Shown in pieces: positions 6,440 through 11,574 of a stretch of 11,574 nt of DNA. Under the pieces are notes generated by a model. That model made no database searches. It saw only the letters and a program-made list of their open reading frames with translations, and was not told the origin of the DNA. Source of the stretch: Bdellovibrionales bacterium (GTDB taxonomy: Bacteria; Bdellovibrionota; Bdellovibrionia; Bdellovibrionales; UBA840); NCBI GenBank assembly GCA_037969075.1, contig JBBKWS010000169.1:1-11574 (forward strand), read 5' to 3'. The position numbers and the translations under genes were made by a program. The number at the start of each line of letters is the position of its first letter. The first letter of the stretch is position 1.

Positions 6440-7252
6440 ATGAAAAAATTATTGCTCTTGCCCACTTTGCTCTTAGTCGCCTGTGCCCATATACCTCCTA
6501 ATTTTGATGTTCATAAGGACCTGGTTTATAATACTAGCCCTGAGACGCTTCAGGGTGACCTGTATTTACCTAAGAAGGCACAAATGGCACCTCTTGTGGT
6601 AACCATTCATGGTGGAGGTTGGACAGGCCGAACAAGAGCTGACATGAATGATGTGGCCACAGAACTAGCTAGTCAGGGATTTGCGGTTTTTAATATAAGC
6701 TACAGACTTGCTCCTAAACATAGGTTTCCAGCGCAAATAAAAGATATTAGAGCGGCTCTTAGATATTTAGAGCAGCATAAAACTGAATATAGATATGATA
6801 TAAATAAGGTCGCACTTTTTGGCTATTCTGCAGGGGCACATTTAGCCGCTTTAGTTGGAATGGCAGATGATCTAGAAGTAGGAAAAGCTGATACCGTAAA
6901 GATCAAGGCTGTAGTTGCTGGCGGAACACCTGCGGATTTAACAAAATATGAAAACTCTGAATCTGTTGTTAAATTTATGGGCGGCACCTATAAACAGATG
7001 CCCGACGCGTACAAAAAGGCTTCTCCTATATTTTATGTGAACAAAGGGGATCCGCCTATCTTTTTATATCATGGTACGAATGATTGGGTGGTTGAGTACC
7101 AACAGATGTTAGATTTTAAGCGTAGACTTGAAGAAGAAGGGGTGGGGGTTGAGACTTTTACAATACCTATTCTTGGCCACATAGCGATTTTTTTGTATTC
7201 GGATACTTCGGTTGATAAATCCATTGTATTTTTAAAAGAACAACTAAAATAA
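6440..7252 (+). CDS. Alpha/beta-hydrolase (HSL-like carboxylesterase/lipase), predicted lipoprotein
   Basis: The start is taken at ATG 6440 (MKKLLLLPTLLLVAC, lipobox LVAC). It has oxyanion motif HGGGW, YRLAP, nucleophile GYSAG, acid HGTNDWVV and catalytic GH. Confidence 0.9.
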   Translation: MKKLLLLPTLLLVACAHIPPNFDVHKDLVYNTSPETLQGDLYLPKKAQMAPLVVTIHGGGWTGRTRADMNDVATELASQGFAVFNISYRLAPKHRFPAQIKDIRAALRYLEQHKTEYRYDINKVALFGYSAGAHLAALVGMADDLEVGKADTVKIKAVVAGGTPADLTKYENSESVVKFMGGTYKQMPDAYKKASPIFYVNKGDPPIFLYHGTNDWVVEYQQMLDFKRRLEEEGVGVETFTIPILGHIAIFLYSDTSVDKSIVFLKEQLK

Positions 7253-7264
7253 AAAACCGCCATC

Positions 7265-7314
7265 TTATATAACTAAGTTTTATAAAAGCATCGATTTCTG
7301 CTCACTTGAGCAGA
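7265..7314. repeat. Two adjacent inverted repeats (operator-like dyad and hairpin/terminator-like palindrome)
   Basis: TTATA-T-AACT-A-AGTT-T-TATAA (7265-7285) and TCTGCTCA-CT-TGAGCAGA (7297-7314). TATAAT lies at 7353-7358. Confidence 0.5.
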
Positions 7315-7436
7315 TTCCTTGATCACTCATAAGTAGCCTCACTGATTTACCATATAATAAAGACAGGATTTTTGTAATAAGCTGTTCTGCCTTTAGGCTT
7401 ACCAGTAGTTTCACTTCTTTTAGTGTAGGAGATTAC

Positions 7437-8786
7437 ATGCAGGCATTACGCAAAGATTTAGGTTTATTTTCGGCGTTTAGTATAGTGGTAGGGATAGTTA
7501 TTGGATCAGGTGTATTTGTGAAACCCGCAATTGTTCTGATGCAAACACAATCCGTAAAGGTTTCGCTACTAGCTTGGCTTGTTGGTGGCTTAATTACACT
7601 AGCAAGTGGTTTGACTGTGGCAGAAGTAGCAGCACGTATTCCTAAAACCGGTGGTGTGTTTATCTACATGAAAGAGATTTACGGCGATAGGCTGGCATTT
7701 ACCGCGGGTTGGATTTTTACCTTGATCTATGGGCCCGGGTTGATGGGAGCATTATCACTATACTTTGCTTTTCTTGTGACGGGATTTTTTCAGATAAGTT
7801 CTCAGTATATAATTTTCATCGCATTATTGGCATTAGGTTTTTTAACTACGGTAAATATTGTGGGTACCAGATATGGTGGCCTAGTACAGAGAGTCTCAAC
7901 AGTTATTAAATTTGTACCTATATTAATGATCAGTGTGTTTGGATTACTATATGGAAATGTAGGAGATAATGTTTTTTTGTCTACTGCGACTACTGTAGGT
8001 AAAGATTTTACTTTTGCTAGTTTTGGCGTGGCAATATTAGCGACCCTTTGGGCCTATGATGGCTGGATTCTAGTTGGTAACGTGGCAGGAGAATTAAAAG
8101 ATGCTAGTAAAACTTTGCCTAAGGCTATAGTTGGCGGTTTATTAATTGTGATCTTAGCTTACCTTGTAATTAACGTAGCTTTGTTTGCACTTTTACCGAT
8201 TGAAGTAATACAGCAAAATAGTTCTAACATTTCGCTCTTTGCAGCTGAAAAGTTATTTGGAGCCTATGGTGGAAAAATAGTTAGCTTAGGTATTATTATT
8301 TCGATTTTTGGCTGTCTAAACGGAAGTATTCTTGCCTCTCCTAGAATCCCGTATGCCATTGCTAACACCGGAAAATATCCAAGGCTTCAGTTTTTGACTA
8401 GATTGCATTCAAAATCTGCCACCCCAATTGCAGCTATCTTGTTGCAAGTACTTGTGGCCACAGCAATGATTTTATTTGCTAACCCAGATGTCCTTACAGA
8501 TCTGGCTTTATTTAGTGTATATGGCTTTTATGTGCTGGTGATGATTGGTCTGCGTAGCCTACGAAAATCCAATCCGACATTTGTTGGTTATAAGACACCG
8601 CTATACCCACTAGTTCCAATGATCGCAATTATCGGAACCATCTATATATTAGGAAGTGTTATTTTAGAAAAGCCTGTACTAAGCGGTCTATCAATTGTTT
8701 GCTGCGTGTTAGGATATTTGTTATATCCTCTATTACGGCAGGACGAGCGAGCCAATACGTCTTATGTGGAACAAAAAAAGGTATAA
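7437..8786 (+). CDS. APC superfamily amino-acid permease, LAT family (SteT/YkbA-like exchanger)
   Basis: SD AGGAG and about 12 TM segments. Motifs VIGSGVFVKP (TM1), IPKTGG, IYGPG, WAYDGW (TM6), SIFGCLNG (TM8) and YKTPLYP closely parallel B. subtilis SteT as I recall it. Confidence 0.92.
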   Translation: MQALRKDLGLFSAFSIVVGIVIGSGVFVKPAIVLMQTQSVKVSLLAWLVGGLITLASGLTVAEVAARIPKTGGVFIYMKEIYGDRLAFTAGWIFTLIYGPGLMGALSLYFAFLVTGFFQISSQYIIFIALLALGFLTTVNIVGTRYGGLVQRVSTVIKFVPILMISVFGLLYGNVGDNVFLSTATTVGKDFTFASFGVAILATLWAYDGWILVGNVAGELKDASKTLPKAIVGGLLIVILAYLVINVALFALLPIEVIQQNSSNISLFAAEKLFGAYGGKIVSLGIIISIFGCLNGSILASPRIPYAIANTGKYPRLQFLTRLHSKSATPIAAILLQVLVATAMILFANPDVLTDLALFSVYGFYVLVMIGLRSLRKSNPTFVGYKTPLYPLVPMIAIIGTIYILGSVILEKPVLSGLSIVCCVLGYLLYPLLRQDERANTSYVEQKKV

Positions 8787-8863
8787 ACTTTTCAGTTTGA
8801 GCTAACAATATTCAAAAATGAAGTGAAGTCTGTTACACCTTTTTTTAGTCAAAGGAGACTATT

Positions 8864-9274
8864 ATGAAACTAAAACTCACTGCAGGTTGTTTATTGTTGT
8901 CTTTCATTTGTTCAAACGCACTTGCACAATTTGATGGACCTTGCTTGGCTATCTACAGAACAAACAAAGACTTCATTTCATCGGCACTAGAAGAAAGCGA
9001 AAAAATCTATGTTAATCGTGTTGAACTTAAGAGAAGCGGATCAAAAGGTGTTGTGACCATTTCATCTGATGATACAGTTGAAAAGTTTAATGTTGAACAG
9101 CAGTGTAATGGAAGTGTGAAAGCTGAGCTTGTAGAATCACAGGCCGTGTTTGTTTGTAAAGAAGTAATTGATTGTATGCCCAATGCACCGGATAGAGACG
9201 CTAAGTATTGTTCGCAACGATATGTTGAATGGACCAGTGAGAACTGTGACAAAGAAGTTATAGTTATACATTAA
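8864..9274 (+). CDS. Secreted hypothetical protein, 136 aa, six Cys in the mature part
   Basis: SD AAGGAG, signal peptide ending ALA, and a C-terminal Cys cluster CKEVIDCMP...YC...W...NC. Confidence 0.8.
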   Translation: MKLKLTAGCLLLSFICSNALAQFDGPCLAIYRTNKDFISSALEESEKIYVNRVELKRSGSKGVVTISSDDTVEKFNVEQQCNGSVKAELVESQAVFVCKEVIDCMPNAPDRDAKYCSQRYVEWTSENCDKEVIVIH

Positions 9275-9309
9275 TTATAAAATAGTTGTAAGGAGGTTGG
9301 AGGTATTAT

Positions 9310-10941
9310 TTAAGTAGAGGCAGCTAGTTGCGATTTTTTCTCTACGTAATAGTTCCAATCACCATCATAGATAACGAGTTGATTTTTATCTAACTCGAAA
9401 ACCTTGGTAGTAAACTCACTTAAAAAATGTCTGTCGTGACTTACTATCATCACCGTACCATCGTAAGTTTTAATGGCTTCAAGTAATACCTCACGAGAGG
9501 CGATGTCTAAATGGTTGGTAGGTTCATCTAAGATAAGTAGGTTAGTAGGGCGGGCTAGAATTTTCGCTAATACCACACGGCTCTTTTCTCCGCCAGATAA
9601 TATAGATACACGTTTGTCGGCTTCATCTCCTGAAAATTTTAAACATCCCAATAAACTTCTTAAGTAACCATTGCTTGCTTGCGGCAGACTGGCCTGCACT
9701 TCTTCAAGTACGGTATTGGCAGGATTTAAAACATCCAATGCGTTTTGACTAAAGTAGCCAATCTCTGTGCTGGCCCCAATTGTAATATTACCTGAAGTTT
9801 CTTCTGTGTGACCTGCTATGATTTTTAAAAGAGTGGATTTACCTGCACCGTTGACCCCGACAACTGCTACTCGGTCCAAGCGTCTAACAAGGGCCGAAGC
9901 GCCAGAGAAAACCAAAGTTTCTTTTTTGTCATTAGACGAGTATATTTTTTTAAGATCTTCAAAAACAACCACATCATTACCGCCTCTAGGTGATTTAGGC
10001 CATTCAAACTTGATGGCCTGCTCTTCCGTAGGGACTTCGATTCGATCAATCTTTTCTAATTTTTTAACTCTTGATTGTACTTGTGCCGCGTGAGAGGCAC
10101 GGGCAGCGAATCTTGCGATAAACTCTTCTTCTTTAGCCAGCATATCATCTTGGCGTTTTGCCGCAGCAATCAATTGTTCTTTTCGAATTTCTCTCTCTTT
10201 TTCGTAAAAATCGTAGTTGCCGCCATATGTTGTTATAGATTTGTTGGCGACTTCAAAGATTTTATTTACAAGCCGGTTCATAAAATAGCGATCATGGCTT
10301 GTCATTAATAGTGCGCCCTTATAATTTTTTATCCACTCTTCTAGCCAAACAATGGATTCTAAATCTAGATGGTTGGTGGGCTCATCCATTAAAAGTACGT
10401 CAGGATTTAGAGTTAAGATTTTGGCAAGGGCGATTCGCATTTTCCAGCCGCCACTAAAAGTAGAAGTGTCACGGTGATGGTCTTCGGGCATGATACGAAG
10501 GCCCGTTAATATTTCTGCAGCTCTTGCGTCTAAATCATAGCCACCCAGACGCTCGAATTCAGTTTGCAGTTCTCCGTAGACTTCAAGAGTCTTCGTCATT
10601 TCATCTTCGCTCATTGGTTCGGCTAATTTTTGTTCTAATTGTAAAAGCTGGTTTTGCAGACCCGTGACTTTGCCAGCTGCGGATTTAACTTCTTCTAAAA
10701 CGGTGCGACCTCCCATTTCTTCGATTTTTTGGGAGAAGTATCCAATCACACACTTGTCAGGTTTAGATACGGTCCCTTCATCAGGACGCTCTTCTGCTAA
10801 AATTAATTTAAAGAGTGTGGTTTTGCCATTGCCGTTGGGCCCAACTAAACCGATCTTTTCACCTGTATTTAGTTGGATGCTTGCATTTTTATATAAAATC
10901 TTTGGGCCGTAATGTTTGGATATATTAGATAAGTGAATCAT
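9310..10941 (-). CDS. ABC-F family ribosome-associated ATPase (YheS/YdiF-like)
   Basis: Two nucleotide-binding domains without TM segments: GPNGNGKTT/FSGGWKMR/DEPTNHLD/SHDRYF and GVNGAGKST/LSGGEKSR/DEPTNHLD/SHDRHF. The linker reads FIARFAARASHAAQVQSRVKKLEKI. Confidence 0.95.
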   Translation of the reverse strand: MIHLSNISKHYGPKILYKNASIQLNTGEKIGLVGPNGNGKTTLFKLILAEERPDEGTVSKPDKCVIGYFSQKIEEMGGRTVLEEVKSAAGKVTGLQNQLLQLEQKLAEPMSEDEMTKTLEVYGELQTEFERLGGYDLDARAAEILTGLRIMPEDHHRDTSTFSGGWKMRIALAKILTLNPDVLLMDEPTNHLDLESIVWLEEWIKNYKGALLMTSHDRYFMNRLVNKIFEVANKSITTYGGNYDFYEKEREIRKEQLIAAAKRQDDMLAKEEEFIARFAARASHAAQVQSRVKKLEKIDRIEVPTEEQAIKFEWPKSPRGGNDVVVFEDLKKIYSSNDKKETLVFSGASALVRRLDRVAVVGVNGAGKSTLLKIIAGHTEETSGNITIGASTEIGYFSQNALDVLNPANTVLEEVQASLPQASNGYLRSLLGCLKFSGDEADKRVSILSGGEKSRVVLAKILARPTNLLILDEPTNHLDIASREVLLEAIKTYDGTVMIVSHDRHFLSEFTTKVFELDKNQLVIYDGDWNYYVEKKSQLAAST

Positions 10942-10948
10942 TAGACTT

Positions 10949-10977
10949 CAAGTAACATAGAATCTTTGGGGATTCAA
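10949..10977 (-). promoter_or_regulatory. Putative sigma70 promoter, possible leaderless ABC-F transcript
   Basis: The minus strand reads TTGAAT (10977-10972)-N17 (ending TGT)-TACTTG (10954-10949)-N7-ATG. No SD is present, and the -10 lacks the final T. Confidence 0.3.
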
Positions 10978-10981
10978 AATA

Positions 10982-11446
10982 TTACATGCTATCTACTTCT
11001 CTAACTAGTTCGGGTATACGCTCTAGCTGCATTTTTCCTTGTCGGATCATATCTACAGCCTGTGCTTGAGTGATTTTGTTAGCAGCTATCTTATTACACA
11101 GTTTTGATTCTAGTGGATCAGTGATTTTGTAGACGTTCTTTTCTTGCGGCCATAAATTATCGATTTCATTGCTGCCGCCCATACAAAGAGGGATGTAATG
11201 ATCTATTTTGTAACTACTTCTGCGATGACCTACGGTAAAATCGTATTCATCTTCATATACTTCAATAATATCTGCTTTTAAACTAGAGCTTACGCTTCGC
11301 TCACAATAAGGAATTCTTTCGTTATATCTAAACTCGGTGGGCGTAGTACAAAGACTGCCTGGAGTTAAGTGTTGATCGGGGTGTATTGGGTATGAGCCTA
11401 ATACACTTGCGAAGCTAATAGCTAGACTAACAATAAATAAAGACAT
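10982..11446 (-). CDS. HNH-motif (His-Me finger) nuclease-like protein with N-terminal signal/anchor, 154 aa
   Basis: GGAGG-acga-ATG, hydrophobic N-terminus MSLFIVSLAISFASVLG, PDQHLTPGSLC, and HNH core YKIDHYIPLCMGGSNEIDNLWPQ. It has four Cys, not arranged as CxxC pairs. Confidence 0.8.
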   Translation of the reverse strand: MSLFIVSLAISFASVLGSYPIHPDQHLTPGSLCTTPTEFRYNERIPYCERSVSSSLKADIIEVYEDEYDFTVGHRRSSYKIDHYIPLCMGGSNEIDNLWPQEKNVYKITDPLESKLCNKIAANKITQAQAVDMIRQGKMQLERIPELVREVDSM

Positions 11447-11453
11447 TCGTCCT

Positions 11454-11518
11454 CCAAATAGTCCGGCATTTATGGCGCCGGGTAGAAACGCTGGCCCGTA
11501 TTGCCAGCTTATACTTGG
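11454..11518 (-). ncRNA. Purine riboswitch aptamer, guanine-type (C74)
   Basis: Minus strand: P1 CCAAGUA / J1-2 UAA / P2 GCUGGC / L2 AAUACGG / P2' GCCAGC / J2-3 GUUUCUAC / P3 CCGGCG / L3 CCAUAAA / P3' UGCCGG / J3-1 AC / P1' UAUUUGG. Every junction and loop has the length and core nucleotides of the xpt-type purine aptamer. Confidence 0.93.
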
Positions 11519-11527
11519 TACTCTTAT

Positions 11528-11556
11528 GGTCTACCGAGCTTATTTAAGTTTTGCAA
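11528..11556 (-). promoter_or_regulatory. Putative sigma70 promoter of the riboswitch-HNH transcript
   Basis: The minus strand reads TTGCAA (11556-11551)-N17-TAGACC (11533-11528). The predicted start near 11521 is only a few nt before P1. Confidence 0.55.
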
Positions 11557-11574
11557 TGAAAAAATTATAGGCTA

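Noticed and set aside
7253..7436. Fluoride, glycine, lysine, c-di-AMP or T-box element before the permease
   Set aside because: AAACCGC is present without the rest of the fluoride motif, and no core consensus of the other classes was found.
1632..10912. Shadow ORFs 1632-1964, 2167-2361, 3658-3960, 4956-5252, 7069-7263, 7709-7909, 9007-9252, 9473-9667, 9818-10093, 9867-10049, 10075-10308 and 10664-10912
   Set aside because: All lie antisense or out of frame within well-supported genes and show no recognisable motifs.
9310..10941. Antibiotic-resistance (ARE) ABC-F
   Set aside because: The linker and the arm in the first domain look like housekeeping YheS/YdiF-type proteins. There is no attenuator leader or mobile context.
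10982..11446. HNH as homing endonuclease, phage or defence nuclease
   Set aside because: It has a signal-like N-terminus and no CxxC zinc knuckles. There are no intron, phage or methyltransferase-partner features, and it sits under a metabolite riboswitch.
11454..11518. Adenine or 2'-deoxyguanosine (C51) variant riboswitch
   Set aside because: Position 74 is C, not U, and position 51 is U, not C, which is the canonical guanine signature. Subtler specificity shifts need a binding assay.
1..11574. CRISPR array, IS element, tRNA/rRNA, prophage
   Set aside because: No regularly spaced direct repeats, transposase/integrase, structural RNA consensus or phage genes were seen.

Overview
This is an AT-rich (roughly 35-40% GC by eye) chromosomal window from a Gram-negative bacterium. 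The style of its secreted proteins and beta-barrel suggests Bdellovibrionota, which is an inference. It carries an outer-membrane beta-barrel, a Bax inhibitor-1/YccA protein, a class I SAM methyltransferase, folE2, tcdA, a sigma54-promoter lipoprotein, a lipoprotein esterase, a SteT-like amino-acid permease, an ABC-F ATPase, several secreted hypothetical proteins and a putative exported HNH nuclease. Two signals missing from the ORF track stand out. (1) A complete canonical guanine-type purine riboswitch aptamer (11454-11518, minus) has a P1 stem that overlaps the Shine-Dalgarno (SD) of the HNH nuclease gene, suggesting a purine-starvation-induced nucleic-acid scavenging enzyme. (2) A 37-aa cationic amphipathic ORF (17-130, minus) has a strong SD covered by a long stem-loop that folds better on the opposite strand, resembling a type I toxin-antitoxin locus. 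Several genes also look leaderless. No mobile element, CRISPR array, tRNA or rRNA was seen.
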